The notes below the pieces were generated by a model. The model saw nothing but the letters and a program-made list of their open reading frames with translations, did no database searches and was not told the origin of the DNA. From Flavobacteriales bacterium (GTDB lineage: Bacteria; Bacteroidota; Bacteroidia; Flavobacteriales_C; CBFIFL01), in the NCBI GenBank assembly GCA_965661855.1, contig CBFIFL010000002.1, positions 8,270 through 72,269 on the forward strand: DNA of 64,000 nt, given 5' to 3'. Both the position numbers and the translations under genes were made by a program. Of the stretch, positions 35,634-45,808 are shown in pieces. Each line of letters starts with the position of its first letter. Within the stretch, counting starts at the first letter, position 1.

Positions 35634-37835
35634 ATGATGAAAATTAAATTTATTATACCGCTACTATTAATGGCGGCTTCAGTGTTTGCAGCAGATTCTT
35701 TAAAACTGGAAGATGTTTGGGGTAGTGGATATGGAAATTACCATGAATTCAAAGTATATGGTGTTCGTTCTACAAATGATGGAGAGCATTTTACGCAAAC
35801 ATACAATGGTGAAAATGGATTTCAAGTCATTAAGCAGCCTTATTCGAATGGAGACGTTTATAGCATTTTGTTTGATCAAAGCAGACTAGGAAAGAAAGCA
35901 AGTGATTTAGCAATTAGTGCTTATCAATTAAACAGCGAAGAGAATATGATGCTTTTGTCTATAGATGAAGAGCCTATTTACAGACATTCTACAAAAGCTC
36001 ATTTCTACCTATATGAAATGGAGAGCAAGTCTTTTATCAAGGTGAATTCAGGTGATGACAAAGTATCGTACGCAACCTTTTCTCCAAACGGAAAGAAGGT
36101 TGCATTCGTTAGATTGAATAACCTTTATGTTTATGATATTGAATCAAAAGAGGAAACACAAGTTACATTTGATGGACAATACAATCAGGTAATTAACGGT
36201 TCAGCTGATTGGGTTTATGAAGAGGAATTTGCTTTTGCTAGAGCTTTCTTTTGGTCTCCTAGTAGTGAGCAAATTGCATACTATAGATTTGATGAGTCTG
36301 AAGTGAAGGAATTCGGAATGGACATGTTTAATAGTTTGTATCCAGAAAATTACAAGTTTAAATATCCAAAAGCAGGAGAGAAGAATTCGAAAGTTCAGAT
36401 TAAGGTGTATAATGTTAGAAACAAGGCAAGTTATACGGTTCAAACAGGAGAGGAAAAGGATAATTATATTCCAAGAATCAAATGGACTAAAAAAGAGAAT
36501 ACATTACTAGTGTATAGAATGAATCGTCATCAAAATCATTTAGAGCTTTTAAAAGTGCATACTATTCCAGCTACACCAAGGAATATTACTTTGAATGCTG
36601 AATTGATGTATGAGGAAAAGAGTAAGACTTACATTGATGTTTCAGACGACATTACTTTCTTGAATGAGAATGAATTTATTTGGACTTCAGACAAAGATGG
36701 ATTCAAACATATTTATTTAAATGATTTAAATGGAGGGTCTAAGCAAATTACAAAAGGGAACTTTGTAGTTACAGCCTATTACGGAATTGATGATGATAAG
36801 AATATCTATTATCAAGCTGCTAAAAGACAACCGTATCAACGTGAAGTATATCGCATTTCAATAAATGGAGAAGATGATACCATTCTTACCAAAGAAAAGG
36901 GAGTGTCTAGTGCTAAGTTTTCTAAAAGAATGAAGTATTACATCAAAACATATTCAAATGCGAATACACCTGCTGTAATTACAATTCATGAGGGTAGTTC
37001 AACAAAAAAGGTAGTTGACTTAGTGGATAACAATAACACAAAAGAGAATCTGAAGGACTTGAATTTAAATGATAAAGAATTCTTTGATTTTGATACGCAG
37101 GAAGGAGTTCATTTATATGGTTTTATGATTAAGCCTAAAGACTTTAGCAAAAAGAAAAAGTATCCTGTTTATATGTATCAGTATAGTGGTCCTAACTCGC
37201 AATCGGTAATGGATTCATATGGTGGAAGAGACTATTTATGGCATCAATTCTTAGCTCAGCAAGGTTATTTGGTTGTATGTGTGGATGGAAGAGGTACTGG
37301 TGCTCGTGGAGTTGACTTTCAGAAATGTACCTATATGGAGTTAGGTAAATTAGAAACTGTTGATCAAATAGCTACAGCTCAATACTTAAAGACTTTGTCT
37401 TTTGTAGATGGAGATAACATAGGTATTCAAGGTTGGAGTTTTGGAGGTTATATGGCATCGTTATGTATTACTAAGGGGGCTGATGATTTTAAATCGGCAA
37501 TCGCCGTTGCACCTGTTACTAACTGGAGGTATTATGATTCTATATATACAGAAAGGTATATGAGAACTCCTCAAGAAAACGCTTCTGGTTATGATGATAA
37601 TTCTCCAATTAACCATATGGATAAACTAAAAGGGAATTATCTATTGATTCACGGATCAGCTGATGACAACGTTCATTATCAAAATACGATGGAGATGATT
37701 CAAGAATTGGTAGATCAAAACAAACAGTTTGATCTGTTCATTTATCCGAATAAGAACCACGGGATCTACGGAGGGAATACTAGGTTGCACCTATTTACAA
37801 AGATGTATCAGTTCTGTGAAGAGACTTTGAAGTAA
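35634..37835 (+). CDS. S9B dipeptidyl-peptidase IV
   Basis: DWVYEEE, GWSFGG nucleophile, DDNVH, final His (NKNHGI). Confidence 0.93.
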   Translation: MMKIKFIIPLLLMAASVFAADSLKLEDVWGSGYGNYHEFKVYGVRSTNDGEHFTQTYNGENGFQVIKQPYSNGDVYSILFDQSRLGKKASDLAISAYQLNSEENMMLLSIDEEPIYRHSTKAHFYLYEMESKSFIKVNSGDDKVSYATFSPNGKKVAFVRLNNLYVYDIESKEETQVTFDGQYNQVINGSADWVYEEEFAFARAFFWSPSSEQIAYYRFDESEVKEFGMDMFNSLYPENYKFKYPKAGEKNSKVQIKVYNVRNKASYTVQTGEEKDNYIPRIKWTKKENTLLVYRMNRHQNHLELLKVHTIPATPRNITLNAELMYEEKSKTYIDVSDDITFLNENEFIWTSDKDGFKHIYLNDLNGGSKQITKGNFVVTAYYGIDDDKNIYYQAAKRQPYQREVYRISINGEDDTILTKEKGVSSAKFSKRMKYYIKTYSNANTPAVITIHEGSSTKKVVDLVDNNNTKENLKDLNLNDKEFFDFDTQEGVHLYGFMIKPKDFSKKKKYPVYMYQYSGPNSQSVMDSYGGRDYLWHQFLAQQGYLVVCVDGRGTGARGVDFQKCTYMELGKLETVDQIATAQYLKTLSFVDGDNIGIQGWSFGGYMASLCITKGADDFKSAIAVAPVTNWRYYDSIYTERYMRTPQENASGYDDNSPINHMDKLKGNYLLIHGSADDNVHYQNTMEMIQELVDQNKQFDLFIYPNKNHGIYGGNTRLHLFTKMYQFCEETLK

Positions 37836-37846
37836 TAGTCTTTAAA

Positions 37847-39001
37847 CTAATACTGTTTTATATCGAGATGCTTTATTTCTTCAATTGATTCAACACCAAG
37901 TTGAATCATATTGTTTTTTAAGTCTTCTATTAATATATCGGCTACATGATCTCCGCCTTTATCTCCTAATGCAGCGCAGCCATACATGAATGCTTTTCCT
38001 AGCAATACGAAATCGGCACCTAATGCCAAAGCTTTGATGATGTCTAGACTTGAAGTAATACCACTATCAAAAATGACCGACATATCATTGCCCACAGCTT
38101 TTGCTATTTCAGGTAAGGCATCAATCGCAGCAGGAGCTCCGTCGAATTGTCTTCCACCGTGGTTGGAAACACAGATACCATCGATTCCTATTTCTGAGGC
38201 TTTTATAGCGTCTTGAGGATGAAGGATTCCCTTTAGAATTACTGGTCCATCCCACATTTCCTTAACCTCTTTGATGTAATCCCAATCTAAATCACCTCTA
38301 AATTTGAAACGTGCAAATTCAGCAGCTACCTTCATGTTTTTAGAACCAGCATATTTACCAACCGTTTTTAGGTTTGGTAAGCCTTCAGTTAAGGTTTTTA
38401 TGGTCCAAACAGGATGCGTTATTCCATCCCAAATTATTTTAGGGGTGAATTTTACCGGTAAAGACATCCCAGATTTTCTAGATTCTTCTCTTCGTCCGGG
38501 TGTAGGAACATCTGCTGTTATGATCAAAGTATGAAAACCACTTTCCTTCGCTCTGTCTAGAATGTCTTTTCTTACAATGGGATCTTTTGGTGGGTATAGT
38601 TGAAACCAACCCATATCACCGACATGTTTGCCAACGCTTTCTGGAGTCTGAGTTGCAACGGTGCTTAACGAATAAGGAAACTTATATGTATTGGCTGATT
38701 TAGCTAAAATGAATTCTGACCTAGGCCATATCAAACCAGTTAATCCGACTGGAGCAACTCCGAAAGGGATATTGTACTCTCTGCCGAAAAGACTTGTTTT
38801 AAAGTTTGGTTCTAACTTCCCTTTAATAAAAGAAGGTAGTATGCTGAATTGATCAAAACGTGATCGATTTTTAGAAGTAGATATGTTTCTGCCAGTTCCA
38901 GATTGAAGGTAAAGCCATGAAACTTTCGGAATTCTAGCTTGAGCTTTCTTTTCAAGATCCGAAATACTCGGAAATTTATCCATTAATCTTTTATCGGTCA
39001 T
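37847..39001 (-). CDS. FMN-dependent alpha-hydroxy acid dehydrogenase (LldD-like)
   Basis: APVG, WFQLY, KGIL, SNHGGRQFD, DSG, ALGA. Confidence 0.9.
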   Translation of the reverse strand: MTDKRLMDKFPSISDLEKKAQARIPKVSWLYLQSGTGRNISTSKNRSRFDQFSILPSFIKGKLEPNFKTSLFGREYNIPFGVAPVGLTGLIWPRSEFILAKSANTYKFPYSLSTVATQTPESVGKHVGDMGWFQLYPPKDPIVRKDILDRAKESGFHTLIITADVPTPGRREESRKSGMSLPVKFTPKIIWDGITHPVWTIKTLTEGLPNLKTVGKYAGSKNMKVAAEFARFKFRGDLDWDYIKEVKEMWDGPVILKGILHPQDAIKASEIGIDGICVSNHGGRQFDGAPAAIDALPEIAKAVGNDMSVIFDSGITSSLDIIKALALGADFVLLGKAFMYGCAALGDKGGDHVADILIEDLKNNMIQLGVESIEEIKHLDIKQY

Positions 39002-39152
39002 ACAGAATTACTTTACTCTTCAACAAATATACAGACGATAGTGTTCTTATTTCTTTTATGTATAGTTCTATTTTTCAGTTATTTGTTACTAATAGACTTG
39101 ATAAATCAAAGGATAACTTTACATTTGTAGTCAACTAAGGAAACTAAACATT

Positions 39153-39398
39153 ATGAAAAAGATTTACGCTGCATTATTTGTTGCTGGTTTAGCATTAACT
39201 GCTTGTGGACCATCTGCTCAAGAGCAAGAAAAGAAAGAAGAAAAAACTAAAGACGCGGTTGAGAACGCTGACGCTAAAATGAATGAAATGTTAGAAGGTG
39301 AAACTTCTGCTGCTGATTCAATGGCTCAAGCTAACGCTGAAATGGCAACTGAATTAGCTGCTGATTCTACTGCTACTGATTCTACATCAGCTGAGTAA
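39153..39398 (+). CDS. Small acidic low-complexity lipoprotein
   Basis: Lipobox LTAC; own TACATTTG -7 element (39120-39127) and a downstream terminator. Confidence 0.8.
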   Translation: MKKIYAALFVAGLALTACGPSAQEQEKKEEKTKDAVENADAKMNEMLEGETSAADSMAQANAEMATELAADSTATDSTSAE

Positions 39399-39416
39399 TT
39401 AGAAAAGACTTTAAAT

Positions 39417-39451
39417 AAAAAAATCCTATTGTTTTCGGTAGGATTTTTTTT
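39417..39451. terminator. Bidirectional intrinsic terminator
   Basis: aaaaaaatcctattg-tttt-cggtaggattttttt between convergent genes. Confidence 0.75.
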
Positions 39452-39468
39452 ATGTCTAAATTTTTGAT

Positions 39469-39894
39469 TTACTTCTTTGTTAAAACTGCCATAGTTAAAG
39501 TAGTAATGTTTACTAATTCCTTAGCTTCATTACGAATCTCTATTTCCCAAACGTGACTTGATTTTCCAATATGTTTAGCTTTTGCACTGGCATATACAAA
39601 ACCAGTCTTAGCTGCTTTAATGTGATTGGAAGCAACTGATTGTCCTACCGAAATCTCATTCTCTCTATCAATCATGTGTAGTGAAGCTACACTTCCAATT
39701 GTTTCTGCTAATGCTATACTTGCTCCTCCATGTAAAATCCTAAATGGCTGAACCGTTTTATCACTTACCGGCATTTTGGCGCTAAGAGAACTTTCAGTGA
39801 ATTCAGTGAACTCAATTTCAAGAGACTCCAATAAGGTGTTCGGTCTCATCTGATTTATCTCTTCTATGTTCGGTGTGATTTTCCAAATGCTCAT
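39469..39894 (-). CDS. Hotdog-fold thioesterase (PaaI/MenI-like)
   Basis: MPV..TVQPFRILHGGASIALAETIGS, HIGKSSHVWEI. Confidence 0.9.
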   Translation of the reverse strand: MSIWKITPNIEEINQMRPNTLLESLEIEFTEFTESSLSAKMPVSDKTVQPFRILHGGASIALAETIGSVASLHMIDRENEISVGQSVASNHIKAAKTGFVYASAKAKHIGKSSHVWEIEIRNEAKELVNITTLTMAVLTKK

Positions 39895-39956
39895 AACTCA
39901 AAACTACGACTTTTTGTCACATCTTTTAATTGGTATATTGTTGGTAGAGTAGAGGT

Positions 39957-40724
39957 ATGTCTAAAATCAAAATATTTACAGATTATAAATGGGCTTTGGT
40001 TTTAAGTCTTTTAATCATTTTAGCCTATTTCCTTCAATACTATAGCGGAATAAACCTCAATAGTATGTTGGGTTTGAAACCAAGGAAGTTTGAAGGTTTG
40101 CTAGGAGTGGTTTTTTCGCCATTTCTTCACGGTAGTTTTGATCATTTACTAAATAATTTACCCAGCTTTTTCTTTTTAACCTGGGCACTTTTCTATTTCT
40201 ATAAGTCTATTGCTAAATCGGTTATGCTTTGGGGCTGGATATCAACAGGCTTGTGGACATGGATTTTCGCAGAAGGAGGGAACCATGTTGGAGCAAGTGG
40301 ATTGGTTTACTTTTTAGTGTTGTTTTTGTTTTTATCAGGGACTTTCAGAAAGGCTCGAACACTAATGGCTTTGAGTCTGGTCGTGATTTTCTATCACGCT
40401 GGAATTATATGGGGAGTTTTACCGTGGGAGAAAATTCTGGCGGATGATCTATGGCGTCTGAATCCTAGTCAATTAAGAAGTATAACGCATGTATCATGGG
40501 AAGGACACCTGATGGGAGCTTTGTCTGGTATAGTGATGGCTATCTATTATAAACGTTTAGGACCTCAAAAGAAAGATGTTCCTATGAATGATGATTTAAG
40601 CGTTTTAGAAGAAAAGTATGGTGAGAAATATTGGCTTCCTCAAGAGAAGAAGCCAGTTATAATAAGGTATTTCTTTAAAAAGAAAGAGGATGATCTAAGT
40701 GAGAGCAATCAACAAGCTGATTAA
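39957..40724 (+). CDS. Rhomboid intramembrane serine protease
   Basis: SPFLHGSFDHLLNN, HVGASG, SWEGHLMG. Confidence 0.88.
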   Translation: MSKIKIFTDYKWALVLSLLIILAYFLQYYSGINLNSMLGLKPRKFEGLLGVVFSPFLHGSFDHLLNNLPSFFFLTWALFYFYKSIAKSVMLWGWISTGLWTWIFAEGGNHVGASGLVYFLVLFLFLSGTFRKARTLMALSLVVIFYHAGIIWGVLPWEKILADDLWRLNPSQLRSITHVSWEGHLMGALSGIVMAIYYKRLGPQKKDVPMNDDLSVLEEKYGEKYWLPQEKKPVIIRYFFKKKEDDLSESNQQAD

Positions 40725-41060
40725 ACCTGCAAAAGCTAAAATTCCAAACCAAACAACCAGCCAGCCTTTCATTCCAAATTTGCCTTGGAAGTAGCTGAAA
40801 AGAAAATAATCAGGAGCTTGAGGTGCTTTATCAAACAGACTAACTTTCTCCTTTAATTCGAAATTCACTTCATAGGCTTTGTCTGTTAAACAAACCTGCT
40901 GTGAGTCAAACTCGGTACTTAGTAAATCAACCTCATGTAGCTTTTTTACAAGTTGATCATCAAACTTGTCATTCAGTTCATTTTCATGAACAGCTTCGCT
41001 TTCTTGCTTATAGATAAACTCGAGAACTTCGAGTTCTTCTGGCTTAATTTTAGACGACAT
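40695..41060 (-). CDS. Hypothetical protein (possible wHTH plus C-terminal TM)
   Basis: ATG ORF directly after the oxidoreductase; hydrophobic C-terminus. Confidence 0.55.
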   Translation of the reverse strand: MSSKIKPEELEVLEFIYKQESEAVHENELNDKFDDQLVKKLHEVDLLSTEFDSQQVCLTDKAYEVNFELKEKVSLFDKAPQAPDYFLFSYFQGKFGMKGWLVVWFGILAFAGLISLLIALT

Positions 41061-41075
41061 AAAATAGAATGAATT

Positions 41076-42137
41076 CTATTCGTATTCAATAACGATAGTG
41101 TCACTCTTTGGTCTAGAGATACATGCAAGGATTTTTCCTTCTTCTATCTCATCATCCGTTAAAGTGAAGTTGTCTTCCATTTCTACTTCTCCCTCAGTTA
41201 CGGTACACATACAAGCCCCACAAACTCCTCCTTGACAAGAGAAAGGTGGATCTAGTTCTGTATCCATTAATTGCTCAAGTATATACTTTGATTTATCAGC
41301 TTCTAATTCAATGTCAGTCCCATCTAAAGAGGCTTTAATCATTGATTTACCTTCTGCAACAGTTACGTTAGAAGCAGCTGCTGATTTAGTAGGAGCAGTA
41401 AATAATTCAAAGTGAATATTCTCTTTTCTTACAAAGTTCTTCTCTAAGAATTTTTGACTTCTAAGAATCAAGTCTTCTGGTCCGCAAATAAAGTAGTTCG
41501 CATATTGATCGAATACATTTCCTTCTAATTGCTTCTGAATGAAAGATTCATGTATACGTCCTTCTCTGTATGAAACATTGTTTCCTCCACCAGCTTCTTT
41601 TTTGTCTCTAGAAAAGAAGAATGATAATTGAAGTTTACTTTCGTTTTCTCCAGCTATAGCTATCAATTCATCAATAAACATACACTTGTCTGCTGACTTA
41701 GCTGAGTATAATAATTGAACTTGTTCAGTTGAAGAATCATTCAATGCTTGCTTCAATATAGATAGAATAGGAGTGATTCCTGATCCTGCTGCTATTAATA
41801 CCAATTGTTTTGATGGTGTGTTGTAAGTAAATCTACCTTGAGGTTCAGAAACTTCAATCGTATCACCAACCTTGAATTCATCATTAACATGGTTAGAAAC
41901 CAAACCGCCTTCAACTCTTTTTACACCAATTCCAAAAGATTCTTGGTTTGCAGAAGAAGTACAGATACTATAATCTCTTCTTACTTCCTGACCATTGATG
42001 TTTAGTTTCAATGAAACAAATTGTCCTGCTTGTCTTTCAAATTTGTTTTGAATCAGTGCTGGAGTATTAAAAACGATTTGTTTTGCATCGTCAGTTAAAG
42101 TGATAACGTCTTTTATTACTAATGGATGAAAATTCAT
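41076..42137 (-). CDS. Ferredoxin-NAD(P) reductase with C-terminal 2Fe-2S domain (PaaE-like)
   Basis: RDYSI FAD motif, AAGSGITP, ICGP, SCQGGVCGAC...LACI. Confidence 0.9.
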   Translation of the reverse strand: MNFHPLVIKDVITLTDDAKQIVFNTPALIQNKFERQAGQFVSLKLNINGQEVRRDYSICTSSANQESFGIGVKRVEGGLVSNHVNDEFKVGDTIEVSEPQGRFTYNTPSKQLVLIAAGSGITPILSILKQALNDSSTEQVQLLYSAKSADKCMFIDELIAIAGENESKLQLSFFFSRDKKEAGGGNNVSYREGRIHESFIQKQLEGNVFDQYANYFICGPEDLILRSQKFLEKNFVRKENIHFELFTAPTKSAAASNVTVAEGKSMIKASLDGTDIELEADKSKYILEQLMDTELDPPFSCQGGVCGACMCTVTEGEVEMEDNFTLTDDEIEEGKILACISRPKSDTIVIEYE

Positions 42138-42138
42138 T

Positions 42139-43083
42139 TTACTTAAATATTACTATCCCACTTGCCGGGAATAAATTCTTACTACTTAATCTATTCTTGT
42201 TCGGAGCCTTATCTCCAATGTAAATTTGGATGTAGTAAACTTTACCACTTTCCAATTTAGTGCTGCTAAATTCGTAATAATCATTCGTTTCTTTCATATG
42301 GAAGAAGGGAATTCTATCCACAATGTCTTTTCCTTGGTCTAAATAACTGCCACTTCGGTTCAACCATTTAACAGATTTAGAGCTTATCTTTTCTGAAGAG
42401 ATGACAGCAAAATGCACGTATTGCTCCTTGTTGGTTTTAAATTGAACCTTTACCTCATTTCCTTTGTTTTGATATTCGATCGTTTTAAAATGAGCATCAA
42501 TAAACTCTTCGTTGTAGCGAAATTGGTTTTTATAAAAAGTAAAACCTAATCCAACTGAGGTGTGCTCTTTTCTTAAAATCGCTTGTTTATGTCCATCATT
42601 TGGAGCTTTTTCGGAAATAAAGCTATGGTGACCAACGGCCATCATCTTTAATGCTTGGCGATAATCATTCTTTAGCGTTTTAGATTCTTGATAAGAGAAG
42701 GTGTTTTCTTCGATATGACTAGCTTGACCCAATTTACCCCAACGGTGGTAAGGTTTTTCGCCTTTAAGATTCCAATGAGAAAGGTAGTTTTGTTTGGCTG
42801 CTTCAAAAGTAATTTGGTTTGCCATTCTAGAAGCTAGTAGGTTTAGACTTAGCTTGTTTAGTTTTCTTTTTGTTCTATTCTTGTTAATCGTTTGAAGGTG
42901 TGCTAGCTTAATCGTAATGCTTAGACTATCGTCTTTAAATTCAGATAAGTCCTTAATGGAATCGTTATTTTGAAACAATGCATTTAATTCCTCTTGAGAA
43001 AGATGGTATTCTTGAACAAGAGAATCAATGGTACTAGCCTTTAAAAAAAGACTCGAAAAAAGAATTAGTAAAAGCAGTCTCAT
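42139..43083 (-). CDS. Exported CAP/SCP domain protein
   Basis: INKNR, YLSHWN, EN, GHKQAIL..HTSVGLG. Confidence 0.7.
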   Translation of the reverse strand: MRLLLLILFSSLFLKASTIDSLVQEYHLSQEELNALFQNNDSIKDLSEFKDDSLSITIKLAHLQTINKNRTKRKLNKLSLNLLASRMANQITFEAAKQNYLSHWNLKGEKPYHRWGKLGQASHIEENTFSYQESKTLKNDYRQALKMMAVGHHSFISEKAPNDGHKQAILRKEHTSVGLGFTFYKNQFRYNEEFIDAHFKTIEYQNKGNEVKVQFKTNKEQYVHFAVISSEKISSKSVKWLNRSGSYLDQGKDIVDRIPFFHMKETNDYYEFSSTKLESGKVYYIQIYIGDKAPNKNRLSSKNLFPASGIVIFK

Positions 43084-43972
43084 AGAAATCAGCAATTTCC
43101 ATCATTTCTTTATAGCTGTCCTTTCTGTCTTGGTCTGGATGATTCACATTGAATTGCTTGAATCTCCAATAAGCAAGACTGCACGCAGCATAGGAAATGA
43201 AAAAGTTAAAGTTGTTTACTTCAGCAGGAGTTAGTTTCCTTACACTTTGATAACCATCAATAAAGGCTTTTGTTTTGTCCTTATTAAATGTTTTATCCTC
43301 AAAGCAATTACCGATAAGTGCATTTGCAATATCAAAAGCGTAAAAGAATTGACACGATTCTTCAAAGTCTATTATAGCGATAACCTCATCATCATAGACT
43401 AAAAAATTGTCAGGAAATAAGTCTCCGTGAATTAATCCAATCGGAGCATCTTTAGGGATGTGTTCGTCTAAATACCTAGTCTTGTCAATTATCCATCTGC
43501 CGAAATACTCGTTATTTCTTCTTACAGATAAAAACTGCTTACTGTCATAAGGCATTCTGTAAGGGAGTTCAAAGGAAAGGGTGGTAGTATGAATTTGAGC
43601 GAGCTTTCTACCTAAATCGAAAAGGATTTTTTCACCAGCATCGGTTCCCGGATAACCTTCAATGAATCTTTTAACGATAATGGGTTGATCGTTAAAGTAA
43701 ACGAAAGGTTTTCTTTCCTTCGTGGCGATCAGTTCAGGAACGTATAAACCAGCCCTAAATAAGTTGTCTAGGAGTACCGTTCTTAAGCGAACATCTCTTG
43801 GACTCTTGTGATTACAGATAGTCAGAATAAATTCACCTCCTAAAGTGGTAAAGTAATATACAGAATTGGCAACGCCACCGTGAAGGTGGCGAAAATTCCA
43901 AAGTGAACCTATATCGTAAGAAGAGAGTATCTCTTCAAACTGTTCTCTATTTAAGTCTGTATATAAAGCCAT
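43034..43972 (-). CDS. Homoserine kinase type II / APH-family phosphotransferase
   Basis: MALYT, GGVANSVY, LAQIH, IHGDLFPDN, IIDFE. Confidence 0.8.
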   Translation of the reverse strand: MALYTDLNREQFEEILSSYDIGSLWNFRHLHGGVANSVYYFTTLGGEFILTICNHKSPRDVRLRTVLLDNLFRAGLYVPELIATKERKPFVYFNDQPIIVKRFIEGYPGTDAGEKILFDLGRKLAQIHTTTLSFELPYRMPYDSKQFLSVRRNNEYFGRWIIDKTRYLDEHIPKDAPIGLIHGDLFPDNFLVYDDEVIAIIDFEESCQFFYAFDIANALIGNCFEDKTFNKDKTKAFIDGYQSVRKLTPAEVNNFNFFISYAACSLAYWRFKQFNVNHPDQDRKDSYKEMMEIADFYETAFTNSFFESFFKG

Positions 43973-43974
43973 TA

Positions 43975-44451
43975 TTAAGCTTCTGCTTCAATCTCTTCTT
44001 CTTCCTCTTTATTCTCAATAACTTGTCCGTCTTCATATGGGAAGATGTCAAGAATATTGGTTAAAGTGATAGCAGTGATTTCCCAATCAACGATAGAACC
44101 TTCCATTCTTTCATTCATTCTTTCGTAAACTTCTTTAACGTCACCAGCAGCAACCATAAAAGTTTCGTTGATTTTCTTCTCTTTTCCACTGTCCTCATCG
44201 TAAGAAACATAAGCCATTCTTACTTTGTACCACTTTTCTTCACTTTCATGAAAAACAGCATCAGTCATTTTCATTTTAGAGCATGATACTAAATCGTACT
44301 CAGGAATATAAGATTCAAGGATCATTTGTAATCTAGCTTCAGCCTCTGTGAAAGACATTGCGTTGATCATATAAGCCTCAGATTTTTTTATTACACTACC
44401 ATTCTCTGCTTGTTTCAGGTATGATATTTTAGTTGTAAACCAATTCGACAT
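43975..44451 (-). CDS. DUF4494 family protein
   Basis: WFTTKISY..ENG..AMSFTEAEAR, WYKV..DEDSGKEKK, TNILDIFPY. Confidence 0.85.
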   Translation of the reverse strand: MSNWFTTKISYLKQAENGSVIKKSEAYMINAMSFTEAEARLQMILESYIPEYDLVSCSKMKMTDAVFHESEEKWYKVRMAYVSYDEDSGKEKKINETFMVAAGDVKEVYERMNERMEGSIVDWEITAITLTNILDIFPYEDGQVIENKEEEEEIEAEA

Positions 44452-44538
44452 AGTTAAAAATATTTAAGTTGATAAATATAGTTTGGATTGTAGGTTTAGA
44501 GAACTAAATTTGCCTGTAATAATTAACATTTTACAAAC

Positions 44539-45396
44539 ATGGCAGAGTTTTATCAAACCGGAAACAAAAGTAGCAACGACTTTAATCCGAAGGCAATCAT
44601 TGGAATCGGAGTATTGGTTTTTGCAATTATTTTATTGGTTATATCTTGGAAGAGTATCTCCGTAAATATTCCTTCAGGTCACGCTGGGGTTTTATACAGG
44701 ACTTTTGGAGAGGGAACAGTTAAAGATGAAACCTATCCAGAAGGATTTCACTTTATCGCTCCTTGGAATGATATGATTATATACGAGGTTAGAGAAATGA
44801 TCATTAAAGAGAAAATGAACGTTTTATCAAGCAACGGATTAAAGATTGAGGCTGAAATGGCTGTTAACTACAAGCCTTTGTATAGCAAGCTTGGTTATTT
44901 ACATGCTGAAATTGGTCCGAATTACGAAAATAGAATTGTTGTCAACAATCTAAGAACAGTTTCAAGAACAGTATTTGGAAAGTATACTCCTGAAGAAATA
45001 TACTCTACAAAGAAAGAAATGCTTCAGCAAGAGATTTTGAAGATGGTTCAAAAAGGTTCTGAACAGAAGTTTGTTTCTGTTGAGACCGTTTCGATCAGAT
45101 CGATTGAATTACCTACTAAATTGAAAGATGCAATTGAAAGAAAGCTTAAGCAAGAGCAAGAGGCTGAAGAGTATGAGTTTAAGTTGGTGAAAGCGACAAA
45201 AGAAGCTCAGAGACAAAAGATTGAGGCTGAAGGTAAGGCTACTGCAAACAGAATTATTTCTGCTTCTTTAACAGATAAGATCCTTAAAGAGAAAGGTATT
45301 GAAGCTACGATTAGATTATCTGAATCAAACAATTCTAAAGTTGTTGTTGTCGGTGGTGGAAAAGATGGATTACCTTTAATTTTAGGAAATAACTAA
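44539..45396 (+). CDS. SPFH/prohibitin family protein
   Basis: TM, EGFHFIAPW, AIERK, EAEGKATAN, GKDGLPLIL. Confidence 0.9.
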   Translation: MAEFYQTGNKSSNDFNPKAIIGIGVLVFAIILLVISWKSISVNIPSGHAGVLYRTFGEGTVKDETYPEGFHFIAPWNDMIIYEVREMIIKEKMNVLSSNGLKIEAEMAVNYKPLYSKLGYLHAEIGPNYENRIVVNNLRTVSRTVFGKYTPEEIYSTKKEMLQQEILKMVQKGSEQKFVSVETVSIRSIELPTKLKDAIERKLKQEQEAEEYEFKLVKATKEAQRQKIEAEGKATANRIISASLTDKILKEKGIEATIRLSESNNSKVVVVGGGKDGLPLILGNN

Positions 45397-45403
45397 TCAG
45401 ATT

Positions 45404-45808
45404 ATGAAATCAGCTAAAAGCGTAATCATTCGTTCGTCGACTTGGGAAGAAGAAGCTCCTGTAGATTTTGAAATAAAAGAGGTAGGAGTGGAAAGAAATC
45501 AAAGTTATCCTTTGACTTTGACGAATCCTGAAAATGGAGATAAAGAAGTTTACCCAATTGAAAATACCATGATGGTAAGTTTAATGGGTGAATCAGATGA
45601 GGATGTGGTAAACATAGCTTTTTCTGAATCTTTGGTTCATGACTTCGAAGGAGAGTTGAATCACAATGATGATGGTAACATCGTTTTTGATCTTAAGCCA
45701 GATAAAAAGGTTTTTGAGTTAGGAATGAGCATCGGACTATATTTCAATTTTGATGAATTACCAGCAGAGTTGAAAGAATTTAAAATCCAGTTTAAAGACG
45801 GTGAGTAA
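45404..45808 (+). CDS. Hypothetical acidic protein
   Basis: Operon-spaced ORF between the SPFH and nuclease genes; family not recognised. Confidence 0.6.
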   Translation: MKSAKSVIIRSSTWEEEAPVDFEIKEVGVERNQSYPLTLTNPENGDKEVYPIENTMMVSLMGESDEDVVNIAFSESLVHDFEGELNHNDDGNIVFDLKPDKKVFELGMSIGLYFNFDELPAELKEFKIQFKDGE

